Assembly: GCA_965218695.1 (NCBI GenBank)
Contig: OZ244651.1
Span: forward strand, 1,536,001 to 1,600,000
DNA: 64,000 nt
Reading direction: 5' to 3'
Origin: Nitrosopumilus sp.
GTDB taxonomy: Archaea; Thermoproteota; Nitrososphaeria; Nitrososphaerales; Nitrosopumilaceae
The notes beneath the pieces are model-generated. The model was not told where the DNA came from, made no database searches, and saw nothing but the letters and a program-made list of their open reading frames with translations. A program made the translations under genes and the position numbers. How positions within the stretch are numbered: position 1 is the first letter of the stretch; each line of letters begins with the position of its first letter. Below, piece by piece: positions 1 through 9,947 of the stretch.

Positions 1-351
1 GTATTGGAACTGTTCCCTGCACTTCAGCGTCGCGTCATGAAGATTTTTCTCGACTCTGATGATGTCGTCAAGCACCTCCACGCGGTGCAACAGGGCGGGC
101 TCTCCTGCGGCTCCGGATTCGGAACCGTCCCGTGTGCGCCACAGGCTTTGCTCGTGCCTGGCAGCTGCGTCCTGGCGCTTGATTATGTCTCTGAGAGCCT
201 TATTCTCTTTTTGCAGGTCGCTTGTTTTCTGATTCGACAACAGTATGAACCGGCATATTTTGGTTTTAATTGGATGGATCATAAATTTTTGACAGCAGGG
301 CTAACATGTCAACGCGGAGTTTGAAAAAAATCTGGATTACGCATATTTTCT
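1..351 (-). mobile_element. Left part of an IS5-family (ISL2-like) element, truncated by the window edge; transposase N-terminus at <1..282 (-)
   Basis: Reverse complement of the start of the element at 29372; TIR GGATTACGCATATTTTCT ends at 351. Confidence 0.9.
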
Positions 352-408
352 ATTATTCCAATTCCTGCATCCTGAGACACGCCTGCCGGCTTGTTCAGAA
401 CCCCTGAC

Positions 409-3060
409 TTAATCACTGGATTTTTCTGACTGCTCTATTGCCGCCTGGGCCGCTGCCACTATGGCAATCGGGATTCTGTGCGGTGAGGCACTGACATAGC
501 TGAGGCCCTGGCCGTGGCAGAACTTGACGGATCTTGGATCCCCTCCGTGCTCCCCGCATATTCCGACCTCCATGTCGGGCCTGGCGCTGCGTCCGTCGGC
601 AACGCACAGCCTCATTAGCCTGCCGACACCGCTCTCATCGATGGACTGGAACGGGTTTCTCTCCAGGATCTCCTTGTCCATGTATTCCGGAAGGAACTTG
701 CCCTCCACGTCCTCCCTGCTGAAGCTGAACGTGCCCTGGGTCAGATCGTTTGTGCCGAAACTAAAGAACTCTGCCGTACCTGCAAGTTCCTCTGCAGTGA
801 GGGCCGCCCGAACCACCTCGATCATGGTTCCAAAGTTTATCGTCAGCTTGGTCTTGTATTTGGCCTCCATCTCGGCCTTGACTGAGTCGTAGATCCGCTT
901 GATGTGGTTCAGTTCCGAGACGCTGCTTGTCTGCGGAATCATGATCTGGGGACGCGCCCTGACTTTTTTGCGCGCAAGTTCTGCTAGCGCCTCAAAGACT
1001 GCGCGAATCTGCATCTCGTAAATCTCAGGATACGTGACTCCGACCCTTACCCCCCTGTGCCCCATCATCGGGTTGACCTCTGCAAGCTCCCTTGCCCTTC
1101 TCAGAACGTCCTTTGCCCTGTCTATCTCCTTTGGTGATCTCATCCTTCGAATCTTCTCTGCAAGCTCTTCTGGGTTTGGAAGGAATTCGTGCAGCGGGGG
1201 ATCCAGCAGCCTGATCGTAACCTTGTATCCCTCCATGGCGCTTAGAATCTGGATAAAGTCGCTCTTTTGGAGGCGGCCAAGCTTCTTGAGCACCCTGCCC
1301 CTCTCCTTGGTATCCCTTGCCATGATCATATTCACAAACAGTCCTATCCTGTCGCTTGCGTTGAACATCCTCTCTGTCCTGCACAGCCCTATGCCCTGGC
1401 CTCCAAGCTCCCTTGCCAGCCTTGCGCCGTCAGGAGTGTCGGCGTTTGCCCTGACTCCGATCTTTTTTGCCTTCTGGGCCCATTTCAGAATCTGCCTAAA
1501 GTCTGCAGTAACCTCCGGTTCTATCATCTGTACCGAACCCGTGTACACCGCACCAGAGTTTCCGTCTATTGTAATGGTATCGCCCTCGCGTATGGTCTTG
1601 CCGTTTGCGCTGCACTGCCTGCCCTCGTAGTCTATCTTCAGGTCGGAGCATCCTACGATGCACGGCTTGCCCATTCCCCTTGCGACCACTGCGGCATGGG
1701 ACGTCTTGCCTCCCCTGCTGGTCAGTATCCCCACCGACTCGAAGAACGCAGGCACGTCCTCAGGCTTTGTCTCCTCCCTGATTAGGATCACCTTCTCCCC
1801 GCCCTCTCCCATGGCAACGGCCCTCGTTACATCAAACACTGCAACCCCGCTGGCGGCGCCGGGCGATGCTGCAATGCCTCCTACCATGCGTTCGTGCCTT
1901 TTGACATCTGCGGGGTCCATCCTCTTGTGCAGCATCTGCTCCAGCTGTTCTGCATGAATTCTGCTCAGGGCCCTGTTCTTGTCTATGAGCCTCTCCCTGA
2001 CCATGTCCACTGACGTCTTTACCATCGAGACTGCATTCATCTTTGCATTTCTAGTCTGCAGCAGATAGAACCTTCCCTGCTCTATCGTAAACTCTATGTC
2101 CTGGGGCTCCTTGTAGTGCCTTTCAAGCATCTGGCATGTCTTTGCAAGCTGTCTGTATGACTTTGGAAGATCACTCTTCATCTCGTCTACCTGCTTTCCT
2201 GTTCTCACTCCTGCAACCACGTCCTCGCCCTGGGCATTTATCAGGTATTCGCCGTAGATGTGACGGGTGCCGTTCTCCGGATTTCTTGTAAATACGACCC
2301 CCGTGGCGCTATCATTGCCCATGTTGCCAAACGCCATGGCCACCACGTTTACCGCAGTCCCGTCTGCAACATCCCGCGTGATGTTGTTCTTCTCCCTGTA
2401 TACGACTGCCCTGTGGCCCATCCAGCTGCCAAAGACTGCCTTGATTGCAAGCTCTATCTGTTCTGTGGGGTCTGCGGGAAACGCCCTGCCGGTATGGTTC
2501 TCACAGATGCCCTTGTACCGGTCTACTATCCCTTTTAATGACTTCTCGTTCAGACCACTGTCATCCTTTACGCCCTGCCTTCTCTTGGCAGCATCCAGCA
2601 CGTCATCAAACTTTTTGTCACCCACGCCAAACACCACCTTTCCAAACAGCTGGATGAACCTCCTGTACGAATCCCATGCAAACCTTGGATTGCCGCTCTT
2701 CTCTGCAAGCCCTGACACGGTCACATCATTGAGTCCCAGGTTCAGAATCGTATCCATCATGCCGGGCATGGATATTGCAGCACCGGATCGAACCGATACC
2801 AGCAGGGGGTTTGACTCGGAGTTCCATTCCTTTCCGGTTCTCTTTTCAATCTTTGCAATATTCCTCCTCACCTCCCCCATGAGCGTCTTTGGAAGGCTCA
2901 TCTTGTTTTCATAGTATTTTTTACAGACCTGGGTGGTTATTGTAAATCCGGGCGGGACAGGCAGATTCAGCTTTGTCATCTCGCACAGGCCTGCGCCCTT
3001 TCCGCCAAGAATCTTCTTGTCCTTTCCGTCTCCCTCGTCGTAAAAGTAAATCTGTTTCAT
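409..3060 (-). CDS. ppdK: Pyruvate, phosphate dikinase
   Basis: 883 aa; GGKGAGL, SVRSGA, MPGMMDT, TSHAAVVARG phospho-His motif, FSFGTNDLTQ, GICGEHGG. Confidence 0.97.
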   Translation of the reverse strand: MKQIYFYDEGDGKDKKILGGKGAGLCEMTKLNLPVPPGFTITTQVCKKYYENKMSLPKTLMGEVRRNIAKIEKRTGKEWNSESNPLLVSVRSGAAISMPGMMDTILNLGLNDVTVSGLAEKSGNPRFAWDSYRRFIQLFGKVVFGVGDKKFDDVLDAAKRRQGVKDDSGLNEKSLKGIVDRYKGICENHTGRAFPADPTEQIELAIKAVFGSWMGHRAVVYREKNNITRDVADGTAVNVVAMAFGNMGNDSATGVVFTRNPENGTRHIYGEYLINAQGEDVVAGVRTGKQVDEMKSDLPKSYRQLAKTCQMLERHYKEPQDIEFTIEQGRFYLLQTRNAKMNAVSMVKTSVDMVRERLIDKNRALSRIHAEQLEQMLHKRMDPADVKRHERMVGGIAASPGAASGVAVFDVTRAVAMGEGGEKVILIREETKPEDVPAFFESVGILTSRGGKTSHAAVVARGMGKPCIVGCSDLKIDYEGRQCSANGKTIREGDTITIDGNSGAVYTGSVQMIEPEVTADFRQILKWAQKAKKIGVRANADTPDGARLARELGGQGIGLCRTERMFNASDRIGLFVNMIMARDTKERGRVLKKLGRLQKSDFIQILSAMEGYKVTIRLLDPPLHEFLPNPEELAEKIRRMRSPKEIDRAKDVLRRARELAEVNPMMGHRGVRVGVTYPEIYEMQIRAVFEALAELARKKVRARPQIMIPQTSSVSELNHIKRIYDSVKAEMEAKYKTKLTINFGTMIEVVRAALTAEELAGTAEFFSFGTNDLTQGTFSFSREDVEGKFLPEYMDKEILERNPFQSIDESGVGRLMRLCVADGRSARPDMEVGICGEHGGDPRSVKFCHGQGLSYVSASPHRIPIAIVAAAQAAIEQSEKSSD

Positions 3061-3636
3061 TTTTAACTATATGGCTGCTGCAAGGGGGTATTAAACCATT
3101 AATCTGTACATACAGATGACCCCGATGTGAACTCATTCTGGTAAACTCTCAATACAAGCAAAACCATGGAGCCTCTTGCTAAGCATCATATCGCCTGAAT
3201 CACCGCTTGATTCTGTCGCGCCGTAATCATACTTGGGTTATCTGGTACGTGTATCTGACGTATCCGGACATGCCTCCCAACCCCGCAGGTATCTGTCCAC
3301 CCTCGTCTGCAATACGGGCAGGAATGACATTATCTGACTCCCTTACAAAACGGGCTGACACCCATGCACAATACAGATATTTACTTGATACCTCCTTATG
3401 CAAACTGAATATGCTAACTGTCAGTTGCTACAGTGGAATGGAGCGGTACAATGAGTACTGAATTTGAAAAACGCCTTACGGTGCGTACCACGCTGGAGCC
3501 CATGCACCGGGTGGTGGATCTTGATGGAAACATAATCAGCTGCAATGACAAATACGCACGCATGCTGGGATACATCCGGGATGAGGTTGTGGGCATGTCC
3601 ATATTTGATCACACCCCCAAGGAGCACCGCGGCGTC

Positions 3637-5310
3637 GTACGGACTCAGGTCCCCAAACTACACAAACTGGGCATGTGGTCTGACTGTGCAGGTACTCAAC
3701 ACTATGCGGCCGTTACCGGAATGGCGATCTGCTGATCCGGCGGCTTGAATATGCTCCAATCCGGGTCCATGATCAAATTTGCCAGTGCGACGTGCGGAAA
3801 CATATCATGCTTGTGGCACGTGCGCGCCACCGATATGAGTACCGAAAAGACCTTCCTCCCCTCCGGGGTGGACAGCTGGTGGCGCACGTTCCTGTGCAGC
3901 ACGGCCGTGTCGCGTATCTCCCGCTCGGCTGCGTTGTTATGCGGCGGCATGCCCGGGTGGCGGAGAAACGTAAAGAGGTGCGGGGCTGCGGCCTCGAGCG
4001 TTCCCCTGAACTTGGACTCGCCGTACGAGGCTGTAATCTCGAGCAGTGTCTTTTCGAGTGCCAGGCACTTGCCGCAACCTGCCGACTCCTTGTCCTTGAC
4101 AGAACGGTACAGTGCAAGCAGCCTGCGATAACATGACTTGTAGATGCCGCCGTGCCTGCATGCCAGTCTCTCGGCCTTGCGCAGTATGTGTATCCAGCAC
4201 CTTTGCTTGACGGGAAACGCGCCGTACACGCCGTACCCGTCTATCACCACGGGAACGCCGTACGGCCTGCCAAAATGCACGTCCAGCACTGCTGCGGCCC
4301 TGCTGGGGGCGGCCACCAGGTACGTGGCGTCCTTGGTCGTGACCAACCACACGTACCCCTTTTTGCCGTTCATCTTGAAGGGGGACTCGTCAAACTGCGC
4401 AAACGGGGCGACCAGCACGTGGTCCAGAATCTCCGAGTAAGTGCCATCCAGCAGGGATCTTATCTCCCTGCGGGCGTTCCATATGGCGTTTGCAGATATG
4501 CAAAACCCGTAAAGGGCCTCAAAATAATACGCGATGGTGTCATCAGTGCTCCTCTTGTAGTAATACTCGTACACGAACCCCAGCGCCTTGGGGCCAAGCG
4601 ACGTGCCGCGCAGCGTGGGCATGCCTGCCGTGCCGACCTGGCCGCACGCGCGGCACGCGGCCCTGTCAATCACGTACGCCACGCACACCACCCTCATGGT
4701 GCCGTCGTCTGCAAAATCATAGACCATCTTTATCTCCGGCGACAGGTGGTCTATTTTCCTGGAGCCGCATTTTCTGCACCTGCGCATCTTCAACTCGACA
4801 GTCTTTTCTGCCTTGTTCTGGTGGGACGCGCCTGCGTGTCCCATGGGTGGTCCACGGCGGGACGCGTTTTCTTTCAGGTCCCCCCTGGGTTCGTCCGGGT
4901 CTTGCGCTGCATCTGCCTGCTCCCCATCCAGCTTGGCCTTCTCTGCCTCGTCCTCCTTGGCCATATCTTTTCGGAATGCGGCGCGTTCTGCGTTGTACAG
5001 CGAGTCCTTGGACGGCGGGACGTGCGGGTTTTCATAATATGCCAGCCTTCTGTCGCGATCCGCAAGCGCCAGACTCAGGCGGTCAATTTCAATATCGCGG
5101 CGTGCCAGCTTGTCAGTAAGATCCTTTACCACCTTGTCCGTCTTTTCCAGACGATTCTTGAATTCCTTAGTAACCTTTACCAGCTCCTCTCGCAGGAGAG
5201 CAGTCTCTGACTTTTTCACGAGGATTAGACAAACATCGGGATCAATAAGATAGCATGGTCTAATTCAATGCACAAGAAGGGAAAATCTAGGCACGGACCT
5301 GAGTGCGTAC
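3637..5310 (-). mobile_element. IS66-family element (single ORF, ISBst12-like)
   Basis: TIRs GTACGGACTCAGGTCC / GGACCTGAGTGCGTAC; 8-bp TSD GCGGCGTC (3629-3636, 5311-5318). Confidence 0.93.
3702..5219 (-). CDS. IS66-family transposase
   Basis: Coiled coil, PPSKD, CxxC zinc finger, FDES, IDGY, QRCWIH, HNNAAEREIR. Confidence 0.93.
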   Translation of the reverse strand: MKKSETALLREELVKVTKEFKNRLEKTDKVVKDLTDKLARRDIEIDRLSLALADRDRRLAYYENPHVPPSKDSLYNAERAAFRKDMAKEDEAEKAKLDGEQADAAQDPDEPRGDLKENASRRGPPMGHAGASHQNKAEKTVELKMRRCRKCGSRKIDHLSPEIKMVYDFADDGTMRVVCVAYVIDRAACRACGQVGTAGMPTLRGTSLGPKALGFVYEYYYKRSTDDTIAYYFEALYGFCISANAIWNARREIRSLLDGTYSEILDHVLVAPFAQFDESPFKMNGKKGYVWLVTTKDATYLVAAPSRAAAVLDVHFGRPYGVPVVIDGYGVYGAFPVKQRCWIHILRKAERLACRHGGIYKSCYRRLLALYRSVKDKESAGCGKCLALEKTLLEITASYGESKFRGTLEAAAPHLFTFLRHPGMPPHNNAAEREIRDTAVLHRNVRHQLSTPEGRKVFSVLISVARTCHKHDMFPHVALANLIMDPDWSIFKPPDQQIAIPVTAA

Positions 5311-5318
5311 GCGGCGTC

Positions 5319-5410
5319 GTACATACTCAGGTCCCGGTATTGTCTAGGCGTAAACATGTACTGTTTTACGTATATTCACGCCTGAGTTTGAGGGGGACCT
5401 GAGTATGTAC
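5319..5410. mobile_element. 92-bp IS66-type MITE
   Basis: 17-bp perfect TIR GTACATACTCAGGTCCC related to the adjacent IS66 ends; flanked by GCGGCGTC at 5311-5318 and 5411-5418. Confidence 0.9.
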
Positions 5411-5422
5411 GCGGCGTCATCC

Positions 5423-6635
5423 GGGTGTGTCCTAGTAATAAAAAATGCCATCCCATGTACCAGAATGCCAAAGACATGATTGGTGCCAGAACCCGTCGAC
5501 GCCAACAGTGCCGCACCGTCAATCTTTCACAACCCATAAAATCCCCCAAATCCAAGACACTGTGCGGAGGCTCCGCTAGGAGGCGCGTGTCAAGACGCGC
5601 CGGTTATGCTGCAAGTGTCGCGATTTGATCCTGTGTGAGCCTGCCGTCTTTTGCCTGCAATCTGGCCACGAGCTCGATGTTGTAGCACATGACACGGATC
5701 GCAGTCTCCCTTGTCCGGTTCTCGTGTTTTCGGCACCTGGTGCTGTCCCCGTACATCTTCTTGAGGGCGGCAAAGACTGCCTCGATGATGCTGCGCTGGT
5801 GGTATTCCGAGTCAAACCTGTCCCGTTCATCCATGTACAGGCTTACCATCTCGCGCCACGACTGGCTTCCCCTGGCGTTGCGTATGGTGTTGGATTTTGG
5901 CTTGATGCGGGGCACCATTCCCATCGCAGATATCATGTTGCACATGAGCCTTGCCAGGTATGCAGAATCCAGGCAAAAGTCGCCGGTGCCCCGGCCTAAC
6001 CTGCCGAGCATCGCGTACAGCCCGTTTATGTCTGCCACTGCGCTGTCAGTCACCATGCAGTCGATTATCACCCTGGTGCGGATATCCACGATTGCGTGCA
6101 GTTTGACCCATCCCTTTCTGGTACGAAAACTGTCGGTCCTGACGTCAAACCACCTGACAAACCGCAGGTACGAGTATCCGGTACCGTCTGCTGCCAGGGA
6201 GCCTGCCTCCACCTCCCTGATGGCAATCCGGTGTGCCTCTGCCAGGTACCATTCCGGGATCAGGCCGTAGGCGCGTGCTATCGTGCTCTTGGAGGGAATT
6301 TTCTCTAGGCCCATCTTGGCTGCCATGGCGCTATTGTTTCGGAGGATGCCGACCATCTTACGGTAGGTCGTGCGCTGTGCCTCAAGCATGATGCAGACAG
6401 CTGCCATGGCGCCAGGCGGGTATGCCGTCATGCCGCCCAGGCCGGGCCTGACGGCGTACGGATCCCCAAGATTCTTGATTATTCCCAGCACGGTATTCAG
6501 CATGAGGCCCGACAGGTACTGCTGAACCAAATCGTACTGTCGTTGGTCGCGTTTCTTTGTAGTCATTAGGCGATGCCGTGATCCGCCGATCCATATCTTT
6601 TGTCATCCGGGGGTATATGCCTCTAGGACACACCC
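5423..6635 (-). mobile_element. IS5-family (IS903-like) element, copy 1, 1213 bp
   Basis: TIR GGGTGTGTCCTAG; 9-bp TSD GCGTCATCC (5414-5422, 6636-6644). Confidence 0.93.
5604..6566 (-). CDS. IS5-family DDE transposase
   Basis: ADGTG, GWVKLHAIVD, LDSAY, YHQRSIIEAVF..LK (YREK-type) motifs. Confidence 0.92.
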   Translation of the reverse strand: MTTKKRDQRQYDLVQQYLSGLMLNTVLGIIKNLGDPYAVRPGLGGMTAYPPGAMAAVCIMLEAQRTTYRKMVGILRNNSAMAAKMGLEKIPSKSTIARAYGLIPEWYLAEAHRIAIREVEAGSLAADGTGYSYLRFVRWFDVRTDSFRTRKGWVKLHAIVDIRTRVIIDCMVTDSAVADINGLYAMLGRLGRGTGDFCLDSAYLARLMCNMISAMGMVPRIKPKSNTIRNARGSQSWREMVSLYMDERDRFDSEYHQRSIIEAVFAALKKMYGDSTRCRKHENRTRETAIRVMCYNIELVARLQAKDGRLTQDQIATLAA

Positions 6636-7926
6636 GCGTCATCCGAAACATATTTGAGAGCTGGAAGAAACGCATACCTATCCACAACCGCAAGTTTCCA
6701 CTCCTTACAAAGGACGGCAAGGTATTTGAAGTGCTGATCACCGTGGAGGACGTGATTGGGGCCGACGGCAATCTGGTGCGGAGCCGCACGACCCTGCTGG
6801 ACTATGCAGAAGTCAGACAGTTTCAAGAGCTGGTGAAGCTGAGCAAGTACGAGAGCCTCTATGAGAACTCCCCTGACATGTACCGGACCGTCAACGTCGA
6901 TGGGATAATAGTCGACTGCAACCGGGCCTACGGGGAGAAGCTCGGCTACATAAAGCCCGAGATCATTGGCAGGAACCTGACAGACCACACCGCCGACAGA
7001 TCCGTCTCGGCAATGCTGATAAACATGGCACGGTGGCGCGTCACCGGGATATGCACGCCCGTCGAGTCGTGGATGAAAAAGAAGGACCACACGGAATTTC
7101 CCGCCCTGATATCCCCCACGAATCTGTTTGATGAGGACGGCGCCCTGCTGGGCAGGAACGTCGTCATACAGGATCTTACCAAAATGAAGGAGACGGCAGA
7201 CATGCTTGATCAGCGCAGGCAGATAGACAAGATGAAAGACGAGTTTCTCACCGGCATAACGCACGAGCTCAAGACCCCGCTCACGCCAATAATCGGATTC
7301 TCGCAGGCGCTTGCCAAGCCCGGAATGCTGGGGGATCTGAACGAAAAGCAGACCAAGGCGATCAAAACCGTCCTCAACAACGCAGTCCACCTCCGCCATC
7401 TGGTCACGGATCTGCTGAGCATACACAAGCTGGAGCTGGGCAGGATGAAGTTTGACTTTAAGGAGTTTGACATAGGGGAGATGATGGAGAGCATCAAGAC
7501 AGCCATGGCCTACACTGCAGACGAAAAGCAGATCCATCTGATCGTGCGGATGTTGGAGAAGGGACGAGTGGTGGGAGACAGATCCCGGATAGAGGAGATC
7601 ATAAACAATCTGATATACAACGCAATCGACTTTACGCCAGCCGGTACCGGCCGGATAACTGTGACTGTCAAGCGGGATGGCAAGTTCCTCTGGTTTGGCG
7701 TCGAAGACAACGGCATGGGCATCCCCCAGGAAAAGCAGGCAAAACTGTTCACCAAGTTCTACCAGGTGGATTCGACTGCAACCCGCCGGCACGGCGGCAC
7801 GGGGCTGGGACTGTTCATCTGCAAGGGGATAGTCGAGTACATGGGTGGCTCCATAGGGGTGAAAAGCACCGAGGGCAAGGGAAGCACTTTTTACTTTACC
7901 ATTCTATCTGGGAGCCATGGTGAGAA

Positions 7927-8298
7927 ATGAAGATACTTGGAGTGGATGACAACCCCGACATCGTGCAGCTGCTGGAGATGACCATCGAGTCCATGGGGCA
8001 CGAGTTTGACTCTGCATTGGGCGGACGTGAGGGCCTTGAAAAGATCCGCAATGAAAAGTTTGATCTCGTGTTTCTGGACCTTTCGATGCCTGACTTTATG
8101 GGGCTGGACGTGATAAATTCCCTGATCGAGGACGGTACAGTGAACAAGTGCAACATCGTGCTGTTTACCGCCTCTTACCTTGGACTGGGGGAAATGGAAA
8201 AGGACCTGCAAAAGAAAGGCGTCCATTCGATCCTGACAAAGCCGGCCGATATAGACCAGATTATGGACAAGGTAAATGAGATAAAGGCAATGCTGTAA
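7927..8298 (+). CDS. Single-domain response regulator (receiver)
   Basis: VDDNPD, FLDLSMP, FTA, TKP; ATGA overlap with the kinase stop. Confidence 0.93.
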   Translation: MKILGVDDNPDIVQLLEMTIESMGHEFDSALGGREGLEKIRNEKFDLVFLDLSMPDFMGLDVINSLIEDGTVNKCNIVLFTASYLGLGEMEKDLQKKGVHSILTKPADIDQIMDKVNEIKAML

Positions 8299-8328
8299 CT
8301 ACAATCTGGTGCGACAACGTTCTAGCCG

Positions 8329-8363
<35 letters not shown>

Positions 8364-8449
8364 CGTAATGCCATGAGGCACGCCCGCCACCGGTCGTGTA
8401 TCCAATAGTTTCGCACGAGCCATTCACGCTTGGGCCTTGGGAATCTGGA

Positions 8450-9110
8450 TCATTTCAGTATCTCGTTTTCCCTGCCCACGCAGGCATCAAGTTTTGCAGT
8501 AATGTTGGCAATCTCCTCTTTGATCGCATCGTACCTGGGAAATCCCTTCCCGACCCCCGACTCTGGACTCGTCGTCTCTATCGTGTCGATGAACCTTCGT
8601 ATCTGTTCGGTAAGCACGGGATCCAGTATGTGCACGGCCAAGCTCAGCGTGTCGTTGGAGTGGTTTGCCAGGTTGATCATAAACTCCTTCTTGTCGCGGA
8701 TGGTGAGGGGAACATCCTCGTAGATCTTTGCATCCACCAGAGCGCGGTTCATCAGTCCGGCGATCATCAGAATCCCGCTAAAGTAGTTCCTCAGGGACTG
8801 GGTCACATAAGACCAACTGCCTTCTTTTTGACTCCTCTTCGTGCTTGAGGACCTTTTGAACAAACATGATTGCATCGGCTAGCCTGGCAGTAGTGCGCTT
8901 TTGCAGGTAGAATATCATCATTGCAATGATGAGTGCCAGTGTCAAGTCCCCTATGATGAATGACACCCATCCTGACGGGCTGCAGTCTGGATCAAAGCGT
9001 GTCAAGGAACATGGATCGATATTCTCATCTTGGGAGTATGCAGGCGTGGCGGGGATTAGGGTGGCGACTGCTAGCAGTGCAAAGCACGCAAACGCGATCG
9101 TTCCATTCAT
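8450..9110 (-). pseudogene. Membrane-anchored hypothetical protein, apparent +1 frameshift near 8810
   Basis: Signal peptide + TM ORF (9110-8778) overlaps ORF 8875-8450; removing one T from GTC-T-TAT gives ...KRRQLVYVTQSLRNYF... Confidence 0.55.
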
Positions 9111-9194
9111 GGTGTATTGATCGGCCGTGTTGTTTTATATTTTATCAGGATTCCATGGCATGCGTTCCGGTTCATCCGGATCCTGCCAGAGGGC

Positions 9195-9851
9195 CTATCC
9201 GATTGATCTGGCAAACTCTGAGATAACTCCGTCCCAGTCTGCGGCCTTGACTATTCCGCTTGCCACCAGGACGCCCTTGGCTCCCAGTTCCACTGCCCTT
9301 GCCACGTCTGCGCCCGAGATTATTCCCGCCCCGCAGAGCAGCTCCGTCTGCCCGCTTGTGCCTATTGCCTTGCCTGCCCCGGTGATGAGATCCGGCCTCT
9401 CCTTTGAGATTGCCCTGCCCGAGCCAATCAGCTCCGGCGGCTCTATCGCTATGTAGTCCGGATCGAATCCAGCGTACCTTCCGGCCTCTTCCTCGTCCCT
9501 CACGCACACGATGGAGATCATTCCAAGCCCCCTCATCTTCTGTACCAGTCTCTCCACCACGGCGCTAGGAATCCTGTGCTCGCTGTGATTGATCAGGGAT
9601 CCCCTCACGCCTGACTTCCTTAGCATCTCCGGCACCACAAAGCCGGTCGTGCTGCCGACGCCGACGTCGTCCACGTGCTGGGCAAGGATGGGTATGCTGC
9701 TGCTGCCTGCGACTGCGCCAATCAGGTGCTGGGGTGGCGCGACGGCAATCTCGACGCCGTACCTTTCTGATACCTTCTCTGCAACCTTCACAAACTCGGT
9801 AATCCTCTCCCCTGCGACCTCCATGTAGTTCTTGCAGTTAATTACCAGCAT
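9195..9851 (-). CDS. tpiA: Triosephosphate isomerase (archaeal type)
   Basis: [34 protein letters not shown]; start placed at MLVINCK. Confidence 0.95.
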   Translation of the reverse strand: MLVINCKNYMEVAGERITEFVKVAEKVSERYGVEIAVAPPQHLIGAVAGSSSIPILAQHVDDVGVGSTTGFVVPEMLRKSGVRGSLINHSEHRIPSAVVERLVQKMRGLGMISIVCVRDEEEAGRYAGFDPDYIAIEPPELIGSGRAISKERPDLITGAGKAIGTSGQTELLCGAGIISGADVARAVELGAKGVLVASGIVKAADWDGVISEFARSIG

Positions 9852-9947
9852 CCCTACTTGGGTACCTGATTTTCTATTTAATCCTTGGTTGCCCTGCCAC
9901 TGTCGGCAAGATTCCATTCCCGCGGCGCCGTGGTTTTGTTGCCTGCC

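Larger units (their letters stand above)
3451..7930 (+). pseudogene. Double-PAS sensor histidine kinase interrupted by IS66, an IS66-type MITE and IS5
   Basis: Removing the insertions joins ...DHTPKEHRGV to IRNIFESWKK... in frame; H-box THELKTPL, N-box NLIYNAIDF, DNGMGI, GGTGLGL. Confidence 0.9.
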
